From an uncultured Chitinophagales bacterium (GTDB lineage: Bacteria; Bacteroidota; Bacteroidia; Chitinophagales; JABDMM01): 63,235 bases of DNA. Below the pieces are notes generated by a model. It saw only the letters and a list, made by a program, of their open reading frames with translations, searched no databases and had not been told where the DNA came from. Made by a program: the position numbers and the translations under genes. This document shows positions 55,046 to 63,235 of this stretch, in pieces; position 1 is the first letter of the stretch, and every line of letters begins with the position of its first letter. The stretch lies in assembly GCA_963991145.1 (NCBI GenBank), contig CAXDOZ010000002.1, forward strand, positions 1-63,235, given 5' to 3'.

Positions 55046-56530
55046 CTAATCTTTTAATGCTGCTTTGGCCTTTTGATCCAAACTGAACTTGTATTCATGA
55101 TCCGGACTGTCAAGCACCTTATTAAAATATTCGTTTGCAATATCCTCATATCCTTGTGCTTCATAGATGTAACCCAGCTGGAGACAGGCATTGTAAGGGT
55201 AGTACTGCTTTGAGCCCCAACCTGATTCAACAGCTCTCAGATATGCCTGGAGAGCTTCTGCCTCGTTGCCAAGAGCTTGTTGGACTCTCCCTAATCTGTA
55301 GGTGAATTCATTGAACTCTTTGAATGTAGAGAAGTCAATATCAAACTTGCCAAGCTCAATAAGAGCATCTTCGTATAAGCCTGCATCATATAACATACGC
55401 GCTCTTAACAAAATAGGATTCGGAGCTTCCATTGATTTTGCCTCACGCCTAGCTTGTTTGTCTACATCAATCTTAGGAGAATCTAGCTCCTTAATGAGCT
55501 TCATTATTTCAAAATAGGCTTCTGTATCTCCTTGCTGAATGTAACTCCATGCTATCTTCTGCCAGCTAGCCGCTACATAATTTTCTCCTTTGGTCTCCTC
55601 AATGAAAGTCTCAAATGAAGTAATGGCACCCGGATCTCCCAGATACAACTTAGCTAAGCCTTCTAAATAGTTTAGATGTGGGAACTGCAGATACTCATTT
55701 CCATATGGTCTATCATCCAATAGCTCCAGGACCTCGGAAGCTGCTCCTCCAAACACTCCAACATATGCTATAATATAATAGTCCAGGAGGTTGGCTGCAT
55801 TTGGGTAAGCGTGTTCTCTTAAATATATCCAGGCAGAATCAGCATTATTATTCAAGTGAAACTCGAGCATTGCGAGCGAAAGCTCTGTCTCCCTTTTGAA
55901 GGGATACTGGGAATCAGTATCGTCAAGACTTTCACGGATCATCTCCAAACCCAATTTCGTGTCACCGGATAAGCCAAATAATGAAAGTCCCCATTGATAC
56001 TGTTCAGGTATAGACCCCAGAATAGCAGTGATCATACCTCTGGTTTTTTGACTTGGCTTGAAATCGGGAAACTTGGTCAGGTTCTTTTGGTGAAGCTTAT
56101 AAGAACGTTTGATATTCTTAATAGCTCCAATCGGATCCTGAAACCTTAAGTATAGAAGAGCCAGATGCAAATGGCATTCGCCCTGTGAAAACAGGGTATA
56201 AGGATCTTCTTTAGATCCGGCCGATAGGCCTCTTATTCGAAACTGCTGCTTGTTTGCAAATGCAGTGAACTGCCTTTCATCATTACTGGAAAAGACAGTG
56301 AGGAACTCGCCATAAGATTCCAGGAATACAGGGAGCAGATTGTCTTCATCTATTAATTGCTCTTCCCTTAAGATGAGCATTCCGGAATCAACTTTTAAAC
56401 TCATGATCATATCATGAGCCTGAATGCAGTTTCCATTCCATTGAAATGACATCTGGCCGTAGGCCGAAAAAGAAAAAAGGCACCAAACCAGGGATATCAG
56501 CAGATAGCCGTTGGGGTGCCTATTTATCAT
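55046..56530 (-). CDS. Exported TPR-like helical-repeat protein, unknown function
   Basis: 494 aa with signal peptide ending SAYGQ and helical repeat composition with TPR-like units near the C-terminus. Confidence 0.65.
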   Translation of the reverse strand: MINRHPNGYLLISLVWCLFSFSAYGQMSFQWNGNCIQAHDMIMSLKVDSGMLILREEQLIDEDNLLPVFLESYGEFLTVFSSNDERQFTAFANKQQFRIRGLSAGSKEDPYTLFSQGECHLHLALLYLRFQDPIGAIKNIKRSYKLHQKNLTKFPDFKPSQKTRGMITAILGSIPEQYQWGLSLFGLSGDTKLGLEMIRESLDDTDSQYPFKRETELSLAMLEFHLNNNADSAWIYLREHAYPNAANLLDYYIIAYVGVFGGAASEVLELLDDRPYGNEYLQFPHLNYLEGLAKLYLGDPGAITSFETFIEETKGENYVAASWQKIAWSYIQQGDTEAYFEIMKLIKELDSPKIDVDKQARREAKSMEAPNPILLRARMLYDAGLYEDALIELGKFDIDFSTFKEFNEFTYRLGRVQQALGNEAEALQAYLRAVESGWGSKQYYPYNACLQLGYIYEAQGYEDIANEYFNKVLDSPDHEYKFSLDQKAKAALKD

Positions 56531-56548
56531 TATTTATCGTTTAAGGAA

Positions 56549-57313
56549 CTAAGCTTCCTGAGCTTGAGCTTGCTCAACAGACTTTGGATAAACGAGGATT
56601 CTTCCACAGTGCTCACAAACGATAATCTTCTTGCGTGCACGAATCTCCATTTCTCTCTGAGGTGGGATCTTGGCGAAACAACCACCACAAGCATCACGCT
56701 CAACTGTAACTACTGCAAGTCCATTGCGATATGCCTTACGAACTCTTGTGTAAGCTCTTAGCAAACGCTCGTCAACTTTCTTTTGAGCTGCTTCAGATTT
56801 CTTCTGAAGGTCCTTTTCTTCTTTCTCAGTTTCCTTGATGATCTTTTCAAGCTCCTGCTTTTTAGCCTCAAGGTCTCCAACTCTTTGGTCGTGAAGTTCT
56901 TTGCTCTTCTCCAGAGCTCCTTCTTTAGCTTCGATCTTTAATTCAGCTTCTTTGATCTTCTTATCAGCAAGCTGCATTTCAAGCTTCTGAAGCTCGATCT
57001 CTTTTGTAAGTGCGTCGAATTCGCGATTGTTCTTTACGTTGTCTTGCTGCTTCTCGTATTTCATAATACGCGTTTCAGACTCCTTCTTCGCGTTGTTACG
57101 GTCAGCAATCTCTGATTTGAACTCGTCAATCTCAGCCTGGATCTTTCCAATGCGTGTATTCAAACCTTCGATTTCATCTTCAAGGTCTTTCACTTCCATT
57201 GGAAGTTCACCTTTAAGCGTCTCGATCTTGTCGATCTGAGAGTCAATCTGCTGAAGCGTATATAGCGCTTCTTGTTTGTCTTCTACGCTGATCTCCTTCT
57301 TAGCCTTAGCCAT
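56549..57313 (-). CDS. Coiled-coil protein with a C-terminal C4 zinc ribbon (COG1579/DUF164-type)
   Basis: 254 aa with a long Glu/Lys-rich coiled coil followed by CGGC...(x21)...CEHC. Confidence 0.8.
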   Translation of the reverse strand: MAKAKKEISVEDKQEALYTLQQIDSQIDKIETLKGELPMEVKDLEDEIEGLNTRIGKIQAEIDEFKSEIADRNNAKKESETRIMKYEKQQDNVKNNREFDALTKEIELQKLEMQLADKKIKEAELKIEAKEGALEKSKELHDQRVGDLEAKKQELEKIIKETEKEEKDLQKKSEAAQKKVDERLLRAYTRVRKAYRNGLAVVTVERDACGGCFAKIPPQREMEIRARKKIIVCEHCGRILVYPKSVEQAQAQEA

Positions 57314-57316
57314 AGA

Positions 57317-58414
57317 TTAGTAGTGTTTTACTGGATTTGTATTCTCCTCCGAAATAAGAGGTGCAAAATTAGGAATTTTTTCCGTCAAATAAGCAGCTAT
57401 AAGGTCTTTGGTAAATTGCTCGCTTTCGTAGTGTCCAATGTCAATAAGAACAGTGCTTTCAGCCACTTCAAAGTAATCGTGATGCTTGAAATCTCCTGTG
57501 AAGTAAACATCTGCTCTCTGAGCTTCCGCCTTCTTCATTAAAAAGCTTCCCGAGCCACCACACCAGGCGACCTTTTTCACCTTTCGATCCATATCTCTGC
57601 CAGTATGTTTAACAAATCCAGAGCCGAAAGTTTCTTTCAGGAGTTTAAGGAAATCTGAAAGTGACACCTCCTGAGCTAGTTCTCCAATCATTCCAGCACC
57701 TCTATCCTGATCTATATTTTTTAAAGGAATAATATCATGTGCTACCTCTTCATAACTATGTGCCCTAAGCATTGCAGAAATTACTTTGCCCAGCAAATGG
57801 TCTGGAACCAATACTTCAAGTTTGGTTTCTTCAACCTTTGAGATCTGGCCCTTCGGGCCGATGGTGGGATTAGAGCCATCTTCAGGTTTGAAGGTGCCAG
57901 TGCCTTCAATATTGAAGCTTGCATGACTGTAATTCCCGATCCAGCCAGCCCCGGCATTAAACATTGCCTCGGCAACCTGCTCTCTTTCATTTCTGGGAAC
58001 AAAGCAGACCAGCTTATTCAACTTGCCTTGCATTGGAGATAAAATCCTGGGATCGTTGATTCCAATTCTCCTTCCAATCTCGGCATTCACTCCGGTTGGT
58101 ATGTTATCCAGATTGGTATGAATGGCATAGATCGCAATATCAGCTTTGATCGCCTTGAGCACTACCCGCTCTGTGAAACTTGCTCCGGTCAGTCGTTTTA
58201 GTCCCGAGAAAATGATCGGGTGATGGGCGACTATCAAATTGCATTTCTTATCGATCGCTTCCTGAACCACTGCCTCAGTCACATCAAGTGTGATGAGACA
58301 TTCACTTATTTCAGTTTCTCGATCACCGAGCAAAAGACCTGAGTTATCATATGACTCCTGTAGGGATGGTGAGGCCCAGTCTTCAAGCACCTGAATCAAC
58401 TCTTTGATTTTCAT
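57317..58414 (-). CDS. Nif3-like dinuclear metal-centre protein (YbgI/GTP cyclohydrolase I type 2 family)
   Basis: The start was moved to the ATG at 58412-58414 (MKIKELIQVLEDWASP). Carries NLIVAHHPIIF and the C-terminal FFTGDFKHHD / DIGHYESE motifs. Confidence 0.85.
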   Translation of the reverse strand: MKIKELIQVLEDWASPSLQESYDNSGLLLGDRETEISECLITLDVTEAVVQEAIDKKCNLIVAHHPIIFSGLKRLTGASFTERVVLKAIKADIAIYAIHTNLDNIPTGVNAEIGRRIGINDPRILSPMQGKLNKLVCFVPRNEREQVAEAMFNAGAGWIGNYSHASFNIEGTGTFKPEDGSNPTIGPKGQISKVEETKLEVLVPDHLLGKVISAMLRAHSYEEVAHDIIPLKNIDQDRGAGMIGELAQEVSLSDFLKLLKETFGSGFVKHTGRDMDRKVKKVAWCGGSGSFLMKKAEAQRADVYFTGDFKHHDYFEVAESTVLIDIGHYESEQFTKDLIAAYLTEKIPNFAPLISEENTNPVKHY

Positions 58415-58524
58415 GTCTGGCACAGATCTAAGGATTAATTGCACCAAAAGGTGCTAATTTCAAACCAATGCGTATAGCTTTGGCTCGCCCAATTTAGGGC
58501 ATTAATTCAGCCTCCTCCAAATAC

Positions 58525-59604
58525 TTGAGAGACGACAATCCCATATTGGTTCTTCTAAGAGCAATTTTTGCCCCTCTAACCATTCTTTATGGTTTTGGAG
58601 CATGGTTCCGCAATTACTTATACGATAAGGGCTGTTACGATACCACCAGTTTTCAAATTCCCATAATCTCAGTTGGGAATCTGAGCGTTGGAGGCACAGG
58701 AAAAACTCCTCATGTAGATTTCCTTGCATCTGTTCTAAAACCGGCACATCCAGCAACATTGAGCAGAGGTTATGGAAGAAAGACCAAGGGATTTAGGATG
58801 GTTCAACCCACTGATGGTAGCAAAGAGGCTGGTGATGAGGCGGCAATGATGATCCGTAAGCATCCCGGAATGGCAGTTGCGGTAGGGGAGAATCGAATGC
58901 TTGCAGTTCCCGATCTCTTGCTTGCAAGACCAGATACCCGAGTGATCATTCTCGATGACGCTTATCAGCATAGGTCTGTAAAACCAAGCCTGAACATCTT
59001 GCTCACTACCTATGATAAGCCCTTTACCAGAGACAGAGTTTTGCCTCTTGGAAGATTAAGAGAGTCAAGATCTGAATACAAGCGGGCAGATATTATAATT
59101 GTCACAAAATGCCCTGAGGAACTTAGCGAGCAGAACAGGGAAAAAATGCTTGAAGAGATCAAGCCTCACAGCTATCAGAAAGTTTACTTTAGTCGTCAAA
59201 GACATCAATTACCGCGACAGATCTGGACCGATCAACCAAGAGCCTGGAATAAGGACTTTGAAGCACTCTGTTTTAGCGGGATTGCTGCACCAGAATACTT
59301 TGAAGATTATGTAAAAGGTGTGAGCTCAAAAATGGTCCCAAGACAGTTTAGAGATCATCATGAATTTGATCGATATGATCTGGAAGAGTTGCGAGACATG
59401 TATAAGAGAATGGATCCATCTAAAGCACAAATGGTGACTACTGAAAAGGATGCGATCCGACTAATGCCTCACATGAACTGGTTCATTGAGAATAAAATAC
59501 CTGTTTGGGTTGTTTCAGTGGCTTGTGAATTTGATTGCCAGGACGGTCAAGACCTGGTTAATGATTTGAACCTTTTATTACAAATGCACTACCCTCAGAG
59601 ATAG
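58525..59604 (+). CDS. lpxK: Tetraacyldisaccharide 4'-kinase
   Basis: 359 aa with a TTG start, P-loop VGNLSVGGTGKTP and the LDDAYQH motif. Confidence 0.9.
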   Translation: MRDDNPILVLLRAIFAPLTILYGFGAWFRNYLYDKGCYDTTSFQIPIISVGNLSVGGTGKTPHVDFLASVLKPAHPATLSRGYGRKTKGFRMVQPTDGSKEAGDEAAMMIRKHPGMAVAVGENRMLAVPDLLLARPDTRVIILDDAYQHRSVKPSLNILLTTYDKPFTRDRVLPLGRLRESRSEYKRADIIIVTKCPEELSEQNREKMLEEIKPHSYQKVYFSRQRHQLPRQIWTDQPRAWNKDFEALCFSGIAAPEYFEDYVKGVSSKMVPRQFRDHHEFDRYDLEELRDMYKRMDPSKAQMVTTEKDAIRLMPHMNWFIENKIPVWVVSVACEFDCQDGQDLVNDLNLLLQMHYPQR

Positions 59605-60426
59605 ATGGCACATTTTGAAAAGATCAACGAGACAGCAGAATTCATCAGAAACAATTGTTCTGAAACCCCTTCAATTGCTATTGTACTTGGCTCCGGCTTA
59701 GGTGGTCTGGTACATGAGATCGAAGAGATCTGGTCTGCTCCTTATGGCGAGATTCCAAACTTTCCGGTATCAACTGTAAAAGGCCACTCGGGAAAATTGA
59801 TAATTGGCAAATGGGCTGGGAAGATCGTAATTGCAATGTCGGGCCGGTTCCACTACTATGAGGGTTATAGCATGGAAGAAGTAGTCTTCCCGATAAGAGT
59901 AATGAAGGCATGTGGTGCAGATTCAATAGTACTATCAAATGCTGCCGGTGGCCTATTGGAGGGAATGGAAGTTGGAGATGTGATGCTTATCGAAGATCAT
60001 ATCAATATGCAGCCTGAGAATCCATTACGCGGACCAAATGATGAGCGCATGGGTCCAAGGTTCCCAGACATGTTTCATACCTATGATCCCCAGCTACTGG
60101 AATCAGCTAAAAAGTATTCTAAGCTTAAAAATTACAATATCCATCTAGGGAACTATGTGGGTGTTCAGGGCCCTACTTTTGAGACTCCTGCAGAGTATAG
60201 AATGTTCCATTTGATAGGAGGTGGTGCAGTTGGAATGTCAACTGTTCCCGAGGCAATAGTGGCACGTCATATGGGAATGAGAATATTTGCCTTGTCTGTT
60301 ATTGCAGATATTGGTTACCCGCTCGAGAATATTGAAGAGATATCACATGATATCGTTGTGGCTAAAGCACAGGCCGCAGAGCCCGTAATGTCTGACATCG
60401 TTAGGCATGTTATCGAAGAAATTTAG
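59605..60426 (+). CDS. Purine nucleoside phosphorylase (trimeric PNP type)
   Basis: 273 aa with GRFHYYEG, SNAAGGL and VGMSTVPE motifs. The ATG directly follows the lpxK stop. Confidence 0.9.
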   Translation: MAHFEKINETAEFIRNNCSETPSIAIVLGSGLGGLVHEIEEIWSAPYGEIPNFPVSTVKGHSGKLIIGKWAGKIVIAMSGRFHYYEGYSMEEVVFPIRVMKACGADSIVLSNAAGGLLEGMEVGDVMLIEDHINMQPENPLRGPNDERMGPRFPDMFHTYDPQLLESAKKYSKLKNYNIHLGNYVGVQGPTFETPAEYRMFHLIGGGAVGMSTVPEAIVARHMGMRIFALSVIADIGYPLENIEEISHDIVVAKAQAAEPVMSDIVRHVIEEI

Positions 60427-60438
60427 GTCATCTTTGCA

Positions 60439-62364
60439 GTGTACTTGAGGATAGTTCTCCTTCATATCATTTTTCTTTTCGGGAGTGTTGTTACACTGTT
60501 TGCCCAGCAGCCTTCAGACAGCCTGCAGCTGGCCAAGGACAGTTTGCGTTTTGTTAAGGAGAATACCTTCTACACAATGCCATCGGATCCTTATTATGTA
60601 CGTGGCATCGATACCTCATTGAATAACATCGAATCATATTACCAGATTCAGGGTCCGAAGTGGGAGTATTTCGACCACGGTTTCTTTGGTAGCCCGCATA
60701 AGCCCATCCAGTTTATCTCTGATCACAACTTTGGTTATCAGGTGGGAATGTTTGGCTATGATCGATACCGATATACACTCAATGATATTAGAAGCTATTA
60801 TGTCAACCGCCCATATTCCGAGGTAAGATTTTTGATCGGTCAGGATCGAGAGCAGATTTTCGAAGGAATTCATACCCAGAACATCGGCAAACGAATGAAT
60901 TTCGGGATCCACTTCAAGCGGGAAGCTACAAGCGGGCGATATCAGCGAAATCGAAGTTTGATCTCAGAGTTTGACATTTATGGTCGATACATTAGCCGTT
61001 CCGGCCGATTCAATATCACCACCAAACTGGCTTATAATAACATTCGTCAGCAGGAGAGTGGTGGCTTTGCTGTGGACATTTTTGATACAGATACCACATT
61101 TAGATTTCCTGAGCTAGTACCCATCAATCTCGACCTTGCAAGGCACGACTGGAAAGATCTGGAGTTTCAATTGGGCGGTGAGGTCTTCTTTGGAAAGACT
61201 GTATATATAACCAGAGACAGCACGAGAATCCCTCAGGTCAAAAAGCAGATGAGTGCCTTTTACAACATCGGCGCGAAGCGCTATAAAAGGGCATTTCAAG
61301 ACCCTAATTCAATGGGAAGCGAGATCGACTATTACGGAGATTTCTATCAACCACTCGATACTATCTTTTACAAGATCAAATCGCGAAACCTGTTTCAGGA
61401 AGCTGGATTTAGATTCTTCACAAATCCCTTTATCAGAAATATTCTACTGCAGCAGCGCACGGCAATTTTTGAGGTAAAGGCGAGACATGAAAATCTGGAG
61501 ATTGAAAACTTTGGATTTGAAAAGACCTACAATAATCTATCTCTTGAGGCATCAATCTTTGATAGTCGCAGGCCTACAACTGAAGGAATTCAGTATAAAG
61601 CAGCAGGTGGCTTCTTCCTGACCGGCTTCAATCAGGGCGATTATTACTTCAGCGGTGAAATTGGCTATCTGGATAATGATTGGGGTAGGGTGAAATTTGC
61701 AACTGCTTTCCGATCCGCCACACCAACATGGCAGCAGACTTACTATATAAGCCCATCAATAGATTGGAAGAATACTGATTTTGAGAAGGAAGGGAGACTG
61801 ACTGCTGCTGTGAGTTATAGTTGGATCGCACAGTATTTGGAAGTTGGATATAAATACGATGGAATCAGTGATCTTGTCTATTATGATACCGCGTCTTTGC
61901 CTCAGCAATACGACCAATTATTGAATACCAATTCCTTTTGGATAGAGAACCAGATCCATCTGGGGATTTTTCACATGCACAATTTTGTATCTGTGCAGTT
62001 GACCAGCAACAAAGAAATCAATCCTATTCCTGTCCTGCAGCTTAAGAGCTCTATCTATATTGAAGGATTACTATTCAATAAGGCTCTGAAGAGCCGATTG
62101 GGAGTTGATCTTAGATACAATACAAACTTCAACAGCTACCGATTTAATCCTTTGATCAGTCAGCACTATTTGTCTGAGAGGAACTCTAAGTTCGCTCCAG
62201 TAATTGATGTCTACCTGAACTTTAAGATCAAGACGGTACGATTCCTTTTCAAACTACAGAATGCCACGCATGGCTTATTCAGAAAAGGAAATTATGGAGT
62301 GTATCCCTATACCAGTTACGAGCGAACTTTCACCGGAGGATTTTACTGGAGATTCCTGGATTAG
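60439..62364 (+). CDS. Putative outer-membrane beta-barrel porin (Bacteroidota 'putative porin' type)
   Basis: 641 aa with a GTG start, signal peptide ending LFAQQ and Tyr/Phe/Gly/Asn-rich alternating strands throughout. Confidence 0.5.
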   Translation: MYLRIVLLHIIFLFGSVVTLFAQQPSDSLQLAKDSLRFVKENTFYTMPSDPYYVRGIDTSLNNIESYYQIQGPKWEYFDHGFFGSPHKPIQFISDHNFGYQVGMFGYDRYRYTLNDIRSYYVNRPYSEVRFLIGQDREQIFEGIHTQNIGKRMNFGIHFKREATSGRYQRNRSLISEFDIYGRYISRSGRFNITTKLAYNNIRQQESGGFAVDIFDTDTTFRFPELVPINLDLARHDWKDLEFQLGGEVFFGKTVYITRDSTRIPQVKKQMSAFYNIGAKRYKRAFQDPNSMGSEIDYYGDFYQPLDTIFYKIKSRNLFQEAGFRFFTNPFIRNILLQQRTAIFEVKARHENLEIENFGFEKTYNNLSLEASIFDSRRPTTEGIQYKAAGGFFLTGFNQGDYYFSGEIGYLDNDWGRVKFATAFRSATPTWQQTYYISPSIDWKNTDFEKEGRLTAAVSYSWIAQYLEVGYKYDGISDLVYYDTASLPQQYDQLLNTNSFWIENQIHLGIFHMHNFVSVQLTSNKEINPIPVLQLKSSIYIEGLLFNKALKSRLGVDLRYNTNFNSYRFNPLISQHYLSERNSKFAPVIDVYLNFKIKTVRFLFKLQNATHGLFRKGNYGVYPYTSYERTFTGGFYWRFLD

Positions 62365-63235
62365 GTCTTCTGCTTTTGTTTCCTCGCAGCAGGGAAAAGC
62401 ACATTGTTTAGAATCAGGCGGTAGCCCGGAGATTGCGGATGCAGATTTAGATCTGTTTTTGGATCTCCCACAAAGTGCTGGTAATCTTCCGGATCGTGAC
62501 CACCATAAAATGACCACATTCCATAGCCGTATTCTCCATGGATATACCGAGCCTCACCAGCAGCTTTGTTCTGACCCAGGATCAAAACATCGGACTTAAG
62601 AAGTGAAGTTCTGAATGCAGTGGTCTGACCCATGAATCCCTTCACTGTTCGAGTGTGACACTGAGTTAACATGGTTGGAACCTGGTCCCATTTTGCAGAA
62701 AATTCGAACAATGTGAAGTAGTCGGCCTCTTTAGCCACTTTGCGCCCGAAATTGGCGTCAATGTTTGAGTACTCATATTCATAAGGACTCATTCTCAACT
62801 GGAAATCCTTAAAAGCAAATGTCTTTGAGAAGTCGAGGTCTCTTTGGCTACTCGCCGATGGAGGATCGCCATCGAACATGATATCTGCGATATCGGTGTT
62901 CTCAGCAGCTAAAGCAATATCATAAGTATCGGTAGCAGAACACATGGCAAAAAGGAATCCGCCTCCGGCGACATAATCTCTAAACTTATGAACCACTGCC
63001 AGCTTTAGTTGAGATACTTTGTCAAAGCCCAGCTTTGCAGCCATTGCTTCCTGCTCTCGAACCTGTTCCAGATACCAGGGAGCATTTCTAAAGGCTGCAT
63101 AGAATTTACCATACTGTCCTGTGAAATCTTCGTGGTGAAGGTGAAGCCATTCGTATTCAAGAAGCTTATCAGTCATTACCTCTTCATCGTAGATCACATC
63201 GTAAGGGATCTCAGCATAAGTGAGGACAAGTGTTA
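62361..63235 (-). CDS. Conserved hypothetical protein, 5'-truncated by the window edge (possible glutamine-amidotransferase-like fold)
   Basis: The reading frame stays open upstream of the track's GTG to the last base of the window (…TLVLTYAEIPYDVIYDEE…). Contains a GGGFLFAMCSATD nucleophile-elbow-like motif. Function not assignable. Confidence 0.55.
   Translation of the reverse strand, partial: TLVLTYAEIPYDVIYDEEVMTDKLLEYEWLHLHHEDFTGQYGKFYAAFRNAPWYLEQVREQEAMAAKLGFDKVSQLKLAVVHKFRDYVAGGGFLFAMCSATDTYDIALAAENTDIADIMFDGDPPSASSQRDLDFSKTFAFKDFQLRMSPYEYEYSNIDANFGRKVAKEADYFTLFEFSAKWDQVPTMLTQCHTRTVKGFMGQTTAFRTSLLKSDVLILGQNKAAGEARYIHGEYGYGMWSFYGGHDPEDYQHFVGDPKTDLNLHPQSPGYRLILNNVLFPAARKQKQKT

Overview
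This 63.2-kb chromosomal segment looks like a Bacteroidota (Flavobacteriia/Cytophagia-type) genome. It is very gene-dense: about 55 protein genes, one tRNA and almost no non-coding DNA. Several convergent gene pairs share overlapping stop codons. Candidate TAnnTTTG promoter boxes and the family content fit the phylum: DUF2723, a fused E1 alpha/beta dehydrogenase, a short archaeal/eukaryote-like ProRS and lipoprotein-rich operons. Recognisable housekeeping genes are metK (truncated at the left edge), pth, rplY, prs, tRNA-Gln, rlmB, hldD plus a heptose kinase, aroE, rmuC, thyA, folA, proS, murB, lpxK and a purine nucleoside phosphorylase. Four things are not explained by housekeeping. (1) A glycan-decoration locus at 12.4-27.7 kb contains YfhO-like and GT4 genes, two PAPS-type sulfotransferases, an MBOAT with an SGNH-like partner, a methyltransferase, an AsnB-type amidotransferase, a deacetylase-like protein and a flippase. 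A giant DUF2723 GT-C-like gene lies nearby. (2) A tight five-gene operon of exported proteins of unknown function at 44.99-49.05 kb combines two DUF4214-like lipoproteins, a Tat-exported DUF1501 sulfatase-fold protein, a PSCyt-like lipoprotein with a non-canonical CX4CH site and a small lipoprotein. An 18-bp perfect palindrome precedes it. This is my best candidate for an undescribed system. (3) A secreted Tyr/Asn/Ser/Pro/Gly low-complexity repeat protein sits directly upstream of a FadL/PorV-like outer-membrane barrel at 51.3-54.0 kb. (4) A structured intergenic repeat element occurs three times: two 92/94-identical copies at 40.37-40.72 kb and a diverged copy at 35.9 kb. I saw no rRNA, CRISPR array, transposase, integrase, phage or toxin-antitoxin genes. 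All family names come from motif recognition by eye, because no database search could be run.
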